Assembly (NCBI GenBank): GCA_036377395.1
Contig: DASUYL010000069.1
Location: 5,757 to 69,756 of the forward strand
Length of the DNA stretch: 64,000 nucleotides
Direction of reading: 5' to 3'
Source of the DNA: Jiangellaceae bacterium
GTDB lineage: Bacteria > Actinomycetota > Actinomycetes > Jiangellales > Jiangellaceae
Both the position numbers and the translations under genes were made by a program. The notes below the pieces were generated by a model. It was not told the DNA's origin. It was given only the letters and a program-made list of their open reading frames with translations, and ran no database searches. Positions 44,738 to 54,620 of this stretch are shown one piece after another; within the stretch, counting starts at the first letter, position 1; every line of letters starts with the position of its first letter.

Positions 44738-45847
44738 CTACGCATCCTGCAAGGTCGAGGATCCGCTTTCTTCACTCTGCGCTGCGCGGGATCGCATGAT
44801 CGCGTCGCGGTAGACCTGTTCGTAGCCACGGGCCATCGACTCGATCGAGAAGCGATCGACGACCACCTGCCTGCACGTGTCCGGGTCGATCTCGTCAGTA
44901 CGTTCGATGGCGGCGGGCAACTCGTCCGCGTCGTCGCAGATGAAGCCGTTCACGCCGTCCTCGACGATCTCCGGGACGGCTCCGCGGCGGAGCGCCACAA
45001 CGGGGGTTCCGGACGCGAGGGCCTCGATCATGACCATACCAAACGGTTCGTCCCACTGGATCGGCATGACCAGGGCACGAGCCCGCGCAAGGTAGTCGTG
45101 CTTGCGTTCCTTCGGTGGCTCCTCCAGCCACTCGACGTCGTCATCGAGCAGCGGTTCCACGACCCGCTCGAAGTACTCCTTCTCATCCGGCTCGCGGCAC
45201 TTCGTCAGCGCCACGAGCCTCCGCCCGGCATCGCGTGCCGCGCGCACAGCAAGCTCGGGCGCCTTGTCCGCACAGCACCGCCCGAGGAACAGGACGAAAT
45301 CGTCCTTGTCCCGCCGGAAGTCGTGGTCGGACACGCGCACGCCGTTGTAGACGGTGCCCGCCCACGGCAGGTCGGGCGCGCCGGCTCGCTGTGAGTCCGA
45401 GATCGCGACGAAGGTGAGGTTCTCGCCGAGATGACTGAAGTAGCCGCTGACATCGCCGTAGTAGTCGCCGAGCTCACCATCGACCGGACCGTGCGCGGTC
45501 AAGATCGTCGGAATCGCCATGCCCGCAGCGACCAGCGGACCGGCAGCGGTGTGGTCGTGGATGACGTCGACGTCGAGGTCCGCGAGGACACGTGACGCGG
45601 CTGCGGAGTGTCGTACCTCGGTGAGGACGTCCCCGACCCGATCGCTCTGCGGCTCTTCGGTCGCGGCGAAGAACCGCGTCGCGTCCGTGTTGTCCTCACC
45701 CGCGCCGATGAGCGTGACATCGTGTCCCAGGTCGACGAGTCCGTCCACGAGTCCTGCGCAGACCGACTCGATGCCGCCGTAGCCAGTCGGCGGCACCGGG
45801 AACCAGGGCGGTGCGACCACCGCGACCCGTAAGCTCGACTTTTTCAT
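44738..45847 (-). CDS. glycosyltransferase family 4 protein
   Basis: VAPPWFPVPPTGYGGIE N-terminus and a C-terminal EPFGMVMIEALASGTPVV motif. Confidence 0.85.
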   Translation of the reverse strand: MKKSSLRVAVVAPPWFPVPPTGYGGIESVCAGLVDGLVDLGHDVTLIGAGEDNTDATRFFAATEEPQSDRVGDVLTEVRHSAAASRVLADLDVDVIHDHTAAGPLVAAGMAIPTILTAHGPVDGELGDYYGDVSGYFSHLGENLTFVAISDSQRAGAPDLPWAGTVYNGVRVSDHDFRRDKDDFVLFLGRCCADKAPELAVRAARDAGRRLVALTKCREPDEKEYFERVVEPLLDDDVEWLEEPPKERKHDYLARARALVMPIQWDEPFGMVMIEALASGTPVVALRRGAVPEIVEDGVNGFICDDADELPAAIERTDEIDPDTCRQVVVDRFSIESMARGYEQVYRDAIMRSRAAQSEESGSSTLQDA

Positions 45848-45918
45848 GGCGGGTTCCCCCTTGTCATATGCCGGGAGGTTGATACCCGCTCACCTGAAAG
45901 TTAGGCCTACCGGTCGAA

Positions 45919-48102
45919 TCAGGGCCCGTTCCAACGAGTGCCGACCTGTAGCCCGGGCGGAAGGCCGGTGACAGCGGCCCGCCGGCCACGCACTCGGACG
46001 GATACCCGGCTCCCGGCGAGCGGCACGTTGTCGAGTTCGAGGGTCCCCCAGCTCTCGGGCAGACTCGGCGACATCGTGATGGTTCCGCCCGGAACGTTCG
46101 GCTCCGCGCCGAGCAGGACGCGCACCAGTTCCAGTGGTGTCGCAGCAGCCCATGCCTGCGGGGAGCAGGACGTGGGATACGGCACCGGCGCCGGGAACTC
46201 GGCCCGGTCGAAACCGCACATGAGCTCGGGGAGACGGCCGCCGAACTGCTCGGCGGCTTCCAGGATGCCGCGGGCGACGAGCTGCGCCTCGTCGGCGTGC
46301 CCCGAGCGCTTGAGTCCCGCGGCGACGATGGCCGAGTCGTGCGGCCACACCGACCCGTTGTGGTAGCTCATCGGGTTGTACGCGGTCATGGACCTGGCCA
46401 GGGTGCGTACACCCCAGCCGGTGAACATCTCCGGTGAGGTGAGCAGCTTGGCGAGTCGTGCTGCGCGATCCGGTGCGACGATGCCCGACCACAGGCAGTG
46501 GCCGATGTTCGACGTCAACGAGTCGATAGGCCGTTTGTCGGCATCGAGACCCAGGGCGTACCAGCCGAGGTCGGGCAGCCAGAACGCGTCCTCGAACGCC
46601 TGCCGCAGGGCCTCGGCCCGATCCCGACAGCGGCGGGCGAGCGGCGCGTCGCCGGCATCGTCGGCCAGCGCTGCACGCGCCAGGTACGCCGCGTAGACGT
46701 ATCCCTGCACTTCGCACAGCGCGATCGGCGCCTGCGCCACGCGTCCGTCGGCGTAGGTGACACCGTCCCACGAGTCCTTCCATCCTTGGTTGGCGAGTCC
46801 GGACGGTGACAGTCGCTGGTACTCCACGAACAGGTCACCGTCGCGGTCACCGTACGTCTCGATCCACTCCAGTGCCCGATCGGCGGCCGGCACGAGGGCA
46901 TGGATCTCCTCGCGCGGTGCACCCCATCGGAGGAGCTCACCGAGCAGCACGACGAACAGCGGCGCGGCGTCCACGGTGCCGTAGTAGGCCGTACGTCCGC
47001 CCAACGCGGTCGAGGCCTCCAAGCCGAAACGGACCTCGTGCAAGATGCGACCCGGCTGCTCCTCGGTCGCCGGGTCGATCCGGGTCCCTTGGCGGCGCGC
47101 CAGGCTGCGCACCGTACCCAGCGCCAGTTCGGGGTTGAGGCTGAGCGACATGTACGAGGTGATCAGCGAGTCTCGACCGAACAACGCCATGAACCACGGC
47201 GACCCTGCCGCGACCACCTGGTCGGCGGGGTGGTCGGGATCCAGGATGCGCAGCGACCCGAGATCACGGCGGCTCGTGCGCAGGGTGTGCGCCAGACCGG
47301 ACGGTCCGTTCCGCAGGGCGGGGACCTGGGTCCGCCAGTCGGCCTGCCGCCGGGCCTGTGCGGTGTGCTCGAGCGGCACGTCGGCCGGGAACCAGGCGTC
47401 CGGGTCGACTGCTTCGTGTGCACCGATGTGCACGGTCGTGCGCCACGCGCCATGAGGCGGCAGCGCGACGTACCATCGCAGGGCTCCGTCGCGGTAGTCC
47501 GCACCCGGCGCCTGCACAATCACCGACCGGCCGCGCTCGCCGACGCGGTGCTCGAACCGCACACCGTCGTCGGTCTGCTCCGATGCCCCCTCCCGCGGCC
47601 GGGCGCGACCTTCCTTGACGGCGAACACGTCGGCGAAGTCCGCGTCCACCTGGATGGCCACCTCGATGCTCGTCGGGTGCGGCGCGTGGCTGCGCACGAC
47701 GATGTCCTCGCGCATCCCCTGCCCGACGAAGCGTTCTCGACGGACGAGCAGCGCACTGTCCGCACGTCCATGCTGGGGCCTCGCCCGTGATACGAAAAGC
47801 GCGTGGTACGGCATCGGGACGAATGATCGGAGAAGTTCCGGTCGATGCCCGTCGATGTCGAGCGTCCAGCGGGAAAGGACCCGCATGTCCTCGACGAACA
47901 ACCCGTGGACCTCACCGACCTCGACGTCGCCCGACGGCCCAGCCATGCAGAATGTGGATCCGTCCAGGATCGTCACCGAGCCCGCGGCACGGATCACCGA
48001 GTCGCCGCCGAACTCCCAGAGTTCCGGTTGCGGCACCCGGTGAGTCATCTCGTCCGGCTGCCGCGCCTGAGTGTCGGCGTCGGTCATCGAGCTGGTCGCC
48101 AC
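45919..48102 (-). CDS. amylo-alpha-1,6-glucosidase / glycogen debranching enzyme family protein
   Basis: GDE N-terminal (ILDGSTFCM..., HGLFVEDMRVLS) and C-terminal (six-hairpin glycosidase-like, YHNGSVWPHD) regions. Confidence 0.85.
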   Translation of the reverse strand: MATSSMTDADTQARQPDEMTHRVPQPELWEFGGDSVIRAAGSVTILDGSTFCMAGPSGDVEVGEVHGLFVEDMRVLSRWTLDIDGHRPELLRSFVPMPYHALFVSRARPQHGRADSALLVRRERFVGQGMREDIVVRSHAPHPTSIEVAIQVDADFADVFAVKEGRARPREGASEQTDDGVRFEHRVGERGRSVIVQAPGADYRDGALRWYVALPPHGAWRTTVHIGAHEAVDPDAWFPADVPLEHTAQARRQADWRTQVPALRNGPSGLAHTLRTSRRDLGSLRILDPDHPADQVVAAGSPWFMALFGRDSLITSYMSLSLNPELALGTVRSLARRQGTRIDPATEEQPGRILHEVRFGLEASTALGGRTAYYGTVDAAPLFVVLLGELLRWGAPREEIHALVPAADRALEWIETYGDRDGDLFVEYQRLSPSGLANQGWKDSWDGVTYADGRVAQAPIALCEVQGYVYAAYLARAALADDAGDAPLARRCRDRAEALRQAFEDAFWLPDLGWYALGLDADKRPIDSLTSNIGHCLWSGIVAPDRAARLAKLLTSPEMFTGWGVRTLARSMTAYNPMSYHNGSVWPHDSAIVAAGLKRSGHADEAQLVARGILEAAEQFGGRLPELMCGFDRAEFPAPVPYPTSCSPQAWAAATPLELVRVLLGAEPNVPGGTITMSPSLPESWGTLELDNVPLAGSRVSVRVRGRRAAVTGLPPGLQVGTRWNGP

Positions 48103-48447
48103 CTACCGTGCGAAGGCTCGGCGTGATCGAGACTGTCGAACTGGAACATCGTTGTGGCCTCGACTGTCGGCATTCGGCATCCTTCCTGGCTTCGACGCAG
48201 CACGTCATCGACGGCAGGCAGCGGGGAGTGCGGATGTGATTCAGTCGATCTGACGGCCGTGTATTTCCACAGGTCAGAGCGAAGCCGCCACGACTACTGA
48301 TTCGGCTGATTTCGTGCTGACCACAGTCTTGCAGTCCACGGTGACACCCCGCAGGACCTCGCCCCACATCGTCGCATGATGAACGACGGACCCGACACGC
48401 ACGATATCCGTTCGTGTCCGGGAAGCCGGGTCACACGGCGGACACCG

Positions 48448-49329
48448 TCAGGCGGTTGCCGGGGCCGGACGGCTGGCAGTCCGGGCTCGCCAGATGCCCA
48501 CCATGAGCGCGCCCAGACCGAAGACAACGGCGGCGAATCCCACCAGCCCACCGAGCACGGGGACCAGTGCCAGCAGGCGCAGAATGCCCCAGCCGGCCAG
48601 GAAGGCCAAGACCCAGGCGGTCGGCTCACCCAGGATCCTCCGGCCGACGATCCACGCCGTCGCGCTGTACCCGAGCGCATAGATGAGTCCCAGCGCGGCC
48701 AGGACGCCCAGGCCAAGTGGGATCCCGACGATCGTGACCAGTGCGATGATGCCCAGAATGGGAAGGCCGAAGAACGCGAGCAACCCCCATCCGATCGACG
48801 GGCCGATCCCGGTCCAACCCGCTTCCGCGATCCTGCGAGCACCGGGGCCGACCAGCCACAGCAGCACCAACCCGACCACCAGGGTCGACACCGAGACGGC
48901 GAGCCACCAGGCCAGCCGGCCGACCCAGCCGAACCCGTCCCAGTTGTAGTTCGTCTGGATCCGCTCGGTGTCCCCGCCGATCGTCGCCCCGGACGCCACC
49001 TCCGGCTCGCTGCGGGATACCACGTCGCCGGTCACGTCGGCACCGTCGAGAAGCTCCACCCGGCCGTTGAAGACGACCAGGTCACCGTCCACGCGACCGG
49101 AGACGGTGACCGGAGCATCGAAAGCGGTCACCGACCCGTTGACGGTGCCGTCGATGGTCGAGGACCCGTGGAAGACAACGAGGTCGCCGACCTCCTCCCC
49201 CTCGGGAACGTCGGCTCGTCCGGTCAAGACCACGAACGCATCGTCAGCTTGCCCGTCTTGCGCCCACGCCGGCGCCGGGAGAATTAGCAGGCCCAGGGTG
49301 AAGAGTCCGACAGCGATGAACCGGCGCAT
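48448..49329 (-). CDS. secreted/membrane protein with bactofilin-like beta-helix repeats and a C-terminal multi-TM region
   Basis: Signal peptide (LLILPAPAWA), repeated G-D/T-V motifs, then a hydrophobic C-terminal half. Confidence 0.6.
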   Translation of the reverse strand: MRRFIAVGLFTLGLLILPAPAWAQDGQADDAFVVLTGRADVPEGEEVGDLVVFHGSSTIDGTVNGSVTAFDAPVTVSGRVDGDLVVFNGRVELLDGADVTGDVVSRSEPEVASGATIGGDTERIQTNYNWDGFGWVGRLAWWLAVSVSTLVVGLVLLWLVGPGARRIAEAGWTGIGPSIGWGLLAFFGLPILGIIALVTIVGIPLGLGVLAALGLIYALGYSATAWIVGRRILGEPTAWVLAFLAGWGILRLLALVPVLGGLVGFAAVVFGLGALMVGIWRARTASRPAPATA

Positions 49330-49465
49330 ATCAATCGCCTCCAACCGTTCACTTCAGCCTCTACCCTGAGTCAACCCCGTCCAAGATCGCAGCACAAGAG
49401 GTCGGCGTTCCACAGATAGGAAAGGTGACACCATCGACACCGGGCATACACCCAAATAGCGACGG

Positions 49466-49897
49466 TCAGGGTGATTCCACTGGTCGGGATGTCGGAGTGA
49501 CGCGGCTGGCGACGTCCCTGATCCCCAAACCAATCAGGATGAACAGCAGGCCGATGAGGGCTGCCATTGCGGCCACACCGAATGCCACGACCGAAGTGAA
49601 CAACGAGGCTTGGAGGAAAGAGGCGGTAGCAGCAGTCTCGCGCAATGGATCCTCACGATCCAACTCTGCGTATCGCAAGCCTCCCGTCGCGTCGAGCGCG
49701 TGCTCGTCGATGATCATTGCCTCGCAGTAAGCACTCGCCGGCCCGTCGACGTCGTCACCAGCCAGGCAGGGGGCGTCATCGGAAACGGTGATCTTCTGGT
49801 CGGCCAGTGTGTTGCTGACCAACACCCACGTGGCAATTGCACCGGCAATGAGGACGATGCCGACGACGATTGACAGAATCCAGGCGGCCTTTCTCAC
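49466..49897 (-). CDS. hypothetical two-TM membrane protein
   Basis: N- and C-terminal TM segments flank a soluble loop with two Cys. Confidence 0.5.
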   Translation of the reverse strand: MRKAAWILSIVVGIVLIAGAIATWVLVSNTLADQKITVSDDAPCLAGDDVDGPASAYCEAMIIDEHALDATGGLRYAELDREDPLRETAATASFLQASLFTSVVAFGVAAMAALIGLLFILIGLGIRDVASRVTPTSRPVESP

Positions 49898-50080
49898 TGA
49901 CGTCCCCTTCTGTCGATAACACCGTGCATTCGCAAAGCGGCATGCTCGAACACCGATGATCGAAGTCGCCGCAGCGCGACGGTAGCACCCTCGCGTCGCG
50001 TCGTCGAGGGGATGATCGCGGTGTCAGGAAGCTCGCGGACGGCGATTGACGCCGGCGCAGGTTGAGCGTCCGTCGGCGCG

Positions 50081-50500
50081 ATGCCTCAGGATGGTGACGT
50101 GAACCGGCCGGCCATTCCGCTGTCCCGGCATCTGCTGAGGGTGCGCGACCTGATCGACCGCGCTTACCCGGATCAGCTCGACGTGGCCGCCCTCGCCCGC
50201 AGCGCGTCGGTTTCCCCGGCGTACTTCAGCCGGAGCTTCAAGTCGGCGTTCGGCGAGACTCCGCACCAGTACCTGGTGAGCAGGCGCATGGAGCGGGCCA
50301 TGGCACTGTTGCGTTCGGGCCACCTGTCAGTCACCGACGTGTGCTTCGCCGTCGGGTTCTCCAGCCTCGGCTCGTTCAGCACGCAGTTCCGGCGCTTCGT
50401 CGGCGAAAGCCCGAGCAGTTACCGGAAGCGTGACGGTCACGCCGACCTCGCGCAGGTTCCCAACTGCTACGTGCGGATGTGGACTCGCCCGCGCGGCTGA
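50081..50500 (+). CDS. AraC-family (HTH_18) transcriptional regulator, DNA-binding domain only
   Basis: LARSASVSPAYFSRSFKSAFGETPHQYL...VTDVCFAVGFSSLGSFSTQFRRFVGESPSSY. Confidence 0.85.
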   Translation: MPQDGDVNRPAIPLSRHLLRVRDLIDRAYPDQLDVAALARSASVSPAYFSRSFKSAFGETPHQYLVSRRMERAMALLRSGHLSVTDVCFAVGFSSLGSFSTQFRRFVGESPSSYRKRDGHADLAQVPNCYVRMWTRPRG

Positions 50501-50607
50501 CCGGCCAGGAGTGGGCAGTTTCGAAGAAGCTCTCCCCCGGAGGCGCTTCCTATCGTCGTCGACGACGGCTGCGGAGCCACCGCGCCGGGACAGCCGGGAG
50601 GCTCGTA

Positions 50608-51384
50608 ATGGAACAGGTTCAGTCCAAGGACGGCACCTCGATCGCATTCGACCAGTTGGGCGAAGGCCCGCCCCTGGTCCTGGTGGCGGGCGCTTCCTGC
50701 GACCGGTCGATCGACGCACCGATCGCCCAGGAGCTCGCCAGGTACTTCACGGTGCTCAACTACGACCGCCGTGGTCGGGGTGACAGCGACGACACGCTGC
50801 CGTTCGCTGTCGAGCACGAGGTCGAGGACATCGACGTCCTGATCGCCGCGGCGGGTGGTTCGGCGACGGTGGTGGGGCTCTCGTCCGGTGCGGCGCTGGC
50901 GGCGGAGGCGGCCGTCGCGGGGCTCCGGATCGACGCGTTGGTGATGTGGGAGCCACCGTTCAGCATCGATCCCGACGGCGTGCAACAGGCGAAGGAGTAT
51001 TCCGAGGAGCTGGCCGTCCTGCTCGCGGCAGATCGCCGAGGCGATGCGCTGGCGCGCTTCATGCGGAGGGTCGGCGTTCCCGAGGAGATGATCGCCGGTA
51101 TCCGCCAGTCGCCGTACTGGCAGGTCGGCGAGAGGCTGGCTCCCACGTTGTCCTACGACGACGCCGTGATGGGCGACAGCACCATCCCGACCGAGCGATA
51201 CGGCCGGATCACCGTTCCCACACTCGTCCTCGCCGGCTCCGAAAGCCCCGAAGCCTTGCGACAGGCCGCCGCTCAGGTGGCGGCCACGATTCCGGGCGCA
51301 CGCCATGACGTCCTCGAGGGTCAGGACCACAATGTGGCCGGCGACGCCCTGGCGCAGGCGGTCTCCGCCTTCGCCGGACGATGA
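50608..51384 (+). CDS. alpha/beta hydrolase
   Basis: PLVLVAGA..., nucleophile elbow GLSSGA, and C-terminal GQDHN. Confidence 0.8.
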   Translation: MEQVQSKDGTSIAFDQLGEGPPLVLVAGASCDRSIDAPIAQELARYFTVLNYDRRGRGDSDDTLPFAVEHEVEDIDVLIAAAGGSATVVGLSSGAALAAEAAVAGLRIDALVMWEPPFSIDPDGVQQAKEYSEELAVLLAADRRGDALARFMRRVGVPEEMIAGIRQSPYWQVGERLAPTLSYDDAVMGDSTIPTERYGRITVPTLVLAGSESPEALRQAAAQVAATIPGARHDVLEGQDHNVAGDALAQAVSAFAGR

Positions 51385-51456
51385 ACGCCGACCGCGCGCG
51401 AGGACAGTCGGATGTGCCAAGGTGCATATGGATCGCTGCTGATGAGGGGAAGGTGC

Positions 51457-51879
51457 ATGATCACCGGCGTGGGTCTGGTATGCGTCTTCGTCCTCGACAT
51501 GGACCGGGCGCGCGAGTTCTACACGGACAAGCTCGGCCTCGAGGTCGGCGTGGACATGGTGCGTGACGGTGTCCGCTGGCTCACCGTCCACTCGCCGCAC
51601 CAGCCCGACCTGCCGATCATGCTGGTCGATCCGTCACCTCCGGTCGTGGACGAAGAGGCGGCGAAGCAGATCCGTTCGCTGGTAGCCACCGGTTATCTCG
51701 GTCCGGGTTCGCTCACCACCGACGACTGCCGGGCGACCTTCCACGAGCTCGAGGCGAAGGGCGTCGAGTTCGTCGAGGAGCCGGAGGAGCGCTTCTACGG
51801 CATCGATGCCGGTTTCCGCGACCCGTTCGGCAACCATTGGCGGCTCACCCAGCCCAAGCCCATCGTGCCGGCGACGTAA
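51457..51879 (+). CDS. VOC (glyoxalase/bleomycin resistance) family protein
   Basis: VFVLDMDRAREFYTDKLG...FRDPFGNHWRL. Confidence 0.85.
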   Translation: MITGVGLVCVFVLDMDRAREFYTDKLGLEVGVDMVRDGVRWLTVHSPHQPDLPIMLVDPSPPVVDEEAAKQIRSLVATGYLGPGSLTTDDCRATFHELEAKGVEFVEEPEERFYGIDAGFRDPFGNHWRLTQPKPIVPAT

Positions 51880-51916
51880 CGGGCGTACGGAGACAACGTA
51901 GAGGCAGGGAGGCGAG

Positions 51917-52873
51917 ATGGCGACGTTGACAGTTGCGGCTGTGCAGGCGGCCTACGTGCTCATGGATCGCGAAGCGACGCTGGCCAAGGTGGAGGAGTCG
52001 CTGGCCGACCCCGAGGTGCGGGCGGCCGACCTGGTCGTGTTTCCGGAGGCGTTCGTTCCTGGTACGCCGATCTGGATCGACGGGGCGCGGATCTGGGACG
52101 GTGACGAGCAGTGGTTCGAGATGCTCGCCGACCAGGCCGTTGTCGTACCGAGCGAGGTCACCGATCGCCTCGGATCGGCAGCCCGGGAGGCGGGCGTCTA
52201 TCTGGTGATCGGCGTCAGCGAACGTGAGCCGACGGGGAACACCATCTACAACACGCTGCTGTACTTCAATGCCGACGGCAACCTCTTCGGCAAGCACCGC
52301 AAGCTGATGCCGACCGGCTCGGAGCGCACGGTCTGGGGGATGGGTGACGGCTCGACGCTCGACACCTACCCGACGTCTTTCGGGCGCATCGGCGGGCTGA
52401 TCTGCTGGGAGAACTACATGCCGCTGGCTCGGTTCTACCTGTACTCGCAGGGTGTCGACGTGTGGGTGGCACCGACGCTGGCGAGAGGTGACGGCTGGGT
52501 CTCGACCATGCGACACATAGCCCGGGAGGGCCGCTGCTACGTGATCGGCGTGAATCCGTGCGTGCGCGTCGACCAGATCCCGGCGGACTTCCCCGACCGG
52601 GACCGGGTGTGGCAAACCGATCCGGAGGACCCCGAGTGGGTGGAGCCCGGCAACTCGGTGATCGTCGGCGCGAACGGAGAGGTCCTCGCCGGACCGGCCC
52701 GGCACGCCGAGACCGTCCTGGTCGCCGAGCTGGACCTCAGCAAGGTGCTGTCGGCGCGACGGTTGTTCGATCCGGTCGGTCATTACCACCGCCCGGACGT
52801 GTTCCGGCTCGCCGTCGACACCGCACCGCGACCTGTCGTCACCGCGCTGCACAGCGGCCTCGCCGACGATTGA
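51917..52873 (+). CDS. nitrilase / carbon-nitrogen hydrolase family protein
   Basis: VVFPEAF (Glu), HRKLMPT (Lys), and ICWENYMP (Cys) catalytic-triad contexts. Confidence 0.9.
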   Translation: MATLTVAAVQAAYVLMDREATLAKVEESLADPEVRAADLVVFPEAFVPGTPIWIDGARIWDGDEQWFEMLADQAVVVPSEVTDRLGSAAREAGVYLVIGVSEREPTGNTIYNTLLYFNADGNLFGKHRKLMPTGSERTVWGMGDGSTLDTYPTSFGRIGGLICWENYMPLARFYLYSQGVDVWVAPTLARGDGWVSTMRHIAREGRCYVIGVNPCVRVDQIPADFPDRDRVWQTDPEDPEWVEPGNSVIVGANGEVLAGPARHAETVLVAELDLSKVLSARRLFDPVGHYHRPDVFRLAVDTAPRPVVTALHSGLADD

Positions 52874-52891
52874 CCGCCGCCGCCTCTCTTC

Positions 52892-52953
52892 CCGTTGATC
52901 TTGGCGAAGTGGGCTGAAACGCTTCCACAGGCCCACTTCGCCAAGATCAACGG
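52892..52953. repeat. perfect 23-bp inverted repeat (CCGTTGATCTTGGCGAAGTGGGC / GCCCACTTCGCCAAGATCAACGG) with a 16-nt loop, 19 nt after the nitrilase stop
   Basis: Both arms were read directly from the sequence. No U-tract follows. Confidence 0.8.
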
Positions 52954-53417
52954 CTGGGGTACGGGTGCCGTCTCTTCCTGTGACGGTTACCTGCGGTAGG
53001 TGGACAGGCAAGATCTGGCAGGTCCTGCGTGAGACCACTGTTCGGCACGATCGAGCTGGCATCGTCCTGCACAGCTTTCCTTGCTGCGCAACTCAGGGCG
53101 ATATCGCAGGGGGATAGCCCGACGCCCACCATTAGTCCCAAAGACTCTTGTGAGCGTTAACAGGACGCTCTATCTTGACAACCGCCATGCACGGCGTGGC
53201 CCACGTCACAGCCCTTTGACTCGAAGCTTCATCGTCAACGAGAGGACGTGATGAGGATGCTGGCCGCGCGTTCGAGCGACGGAAGCGCCGGGCGGACGCT
53301 GTCGACCACACGACCGTTCTTCGTCCGGGCGATATACGACACCACGACGATCTACCAGTTCTCGCCGTCGCGGCGCGGACATCGACAGTTTCGATGACGG
53401 AAGGGAGTGAGCGACTG

Positions 53418-54506
53418 ATGAAGCACACGCGGGGGGGTGGTCCGCGGCACATCACGCGGCGGGCACAGGCCGGCCTGGTAGCCCTTGTCACCGTAGCCAT
53501 GTTGGCTGCGTGTACGGGCGCCGACGACGATGACGGCGGCGAGGGAAGCGCAGGCGAGTCTCCTGGCGCAGATGGGACCGCCGCCGTAGGTGACAAGTGG
53601 TGCTCCGACGTCAGCATCGCCGCCTTCCCAGGCGGAGGGCAGGGGACTCCCTTCACCAACAATGTCTACAACGGCTACCGAGCGGCAGAGGCGGACCTCG
53701 GCCCCGAGGTCACGTACTACTTCTCCGACTGGAACGTGGAGACGATGGTCGCCCAATTCCGCGAGGCTTTGGCGCTGGAGCCGGACGGCATGTCGGTCAT
53801 GGGACACCCCGGTGACGCGGCGATGGGCCCACTCATCGACGAGGCATACGAAGCCGGTGTCCAGGTCACGGTAGTCAACGTTGAGCTACCCGAGTCTCAG
53901 GCCAGGCACGCGGCCGAGGGTCTCGGGTACGTCGGGGCACCCAACTATGCGGCCGGAAAGCGGCTCGCGGAGGAGGCGGTAGCACGCTCCGGCGCCCAGG
54001 CCGGAGAGAAGGCGTTCGTCTGGGGTCTGCTGGCGGAGGCAGGTCGTGGCGAACGCACCCGTGGCATCGTCGAAGGCTTCGAGGAGGCCGGTCTGGAGGT
54101 CGTCTACCAGGAGATCGACCCGGCGACCAACGCCGACGCCCAGGCCGGTACCCCGACGTTCACCGGCGTGATCGCGGCCAACCCGGATGTCTCGATTGTC
54201 GTGACCGACCACGGTGCCCTGACATCGACGGCCGAGACCTACGCGACGGCTGCGGGGCTCGCGCCGGGCGACGTCTATTTCGCCGGGTTCGACCTCGGGC
54301 CCGCGACCGTTGACGCGATCAAGAGCGGCTTCCTCAACCTGGTCATCGACCAGCAGCCGTTCCTGCAGGGCTACTTGCCGATCCTGCAGATCTGCCTGAC
54401 CCAGAAGTACGGGTTCTCGGGTCTGTTCGTCGACACGGCCGGCTCGTTCGTCGACGCGGACAACGTCGATTTCGTCGAACCGCTCGCCGTCGAGGAAATC
54501 CGGTAG
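53418..54506 (+). CDS. sugar ABC transporter substrate-binding lipoprotein (ribose/xylose-type PBP)
   Basis: Lipobox (AMLAAC), Asp/Gly-rich linker, and GGAAGGGAG RBS before the ATG at 53418. Confidence 0.85.
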   Translation: MKHTRGGGPRHITRRAQAGLVALVTVAMLAACTGADDDDGGEGSAGESPGADGTAAVGDKWCSDVSIAAFPGGGQGTPFTNNVYNGYRAAEADLGPEVTYYFSDWNVETMVAQFREALALEPDGMSVMGHPGDAAMGPLIDEAYEAGVQVTVVNVELPESQARHAAEGLGYVGAPNYAAGKRLAEEAVARSGAQAGEKAFVWGLLAEAGRGERTRGIVEGFEEAGLEVVYQEIDPATNADAQAGTPTFTGVIAANPDVSIVVTDHGALTSTAETYATAAGLAPGDVYFAGFDLGPATVDAIKSGFLNLVIDQQPFLQGYLPILQICLTQKYGFSGLFVDTAGSFVDADNVDFVEPLAVEEIR

Positions 54507-54620
54507 CGACGATGCGTGTGACCTGGGGTGGGTCTGATGCCACCCCAGGTCAACCGTCCCGACCCCTGGCGGTCGCCGAGGGGACGGGGAGTCCACCGAG
54601 ACGAGAGGCATCAGACCACC

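Noticed and set aside
48103-48447. Possible small gene or RNA in the 345-bp gap upstream of the glycogen-debranching gene (ORFs 48071..48253 and 47912..48367)
   Set aside because: The candidate ORFs have poor codon bias and no motifs. I saw only a trivial 6-bp hairpin and no recognisable riboswitch or tRNA structure.
52885-52978. Interpreting the TCTCTTCC octamers flanking the 23-bp hairpin as a target-site duplication of a MITE
   Set aside because: The right-hand copy is 17 nt from the end of the inverted repeat, while the left copy abuts it. The geometry does not fit a TIR-plus-TSD element, and a single 8-mer recurrence can be chance.
53152-53179. GAGCGT-N7-ACGCTC inverted repeat and adjacent TTGACA as the operator and promoter of the sugar ABC operon
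   Set aside because: The arms are only 6 bp. No matching -10 hexamer sits at the right spacing, and no LacI/ROK-type regulator gene is nearby. The evidence is too weak to annotate.
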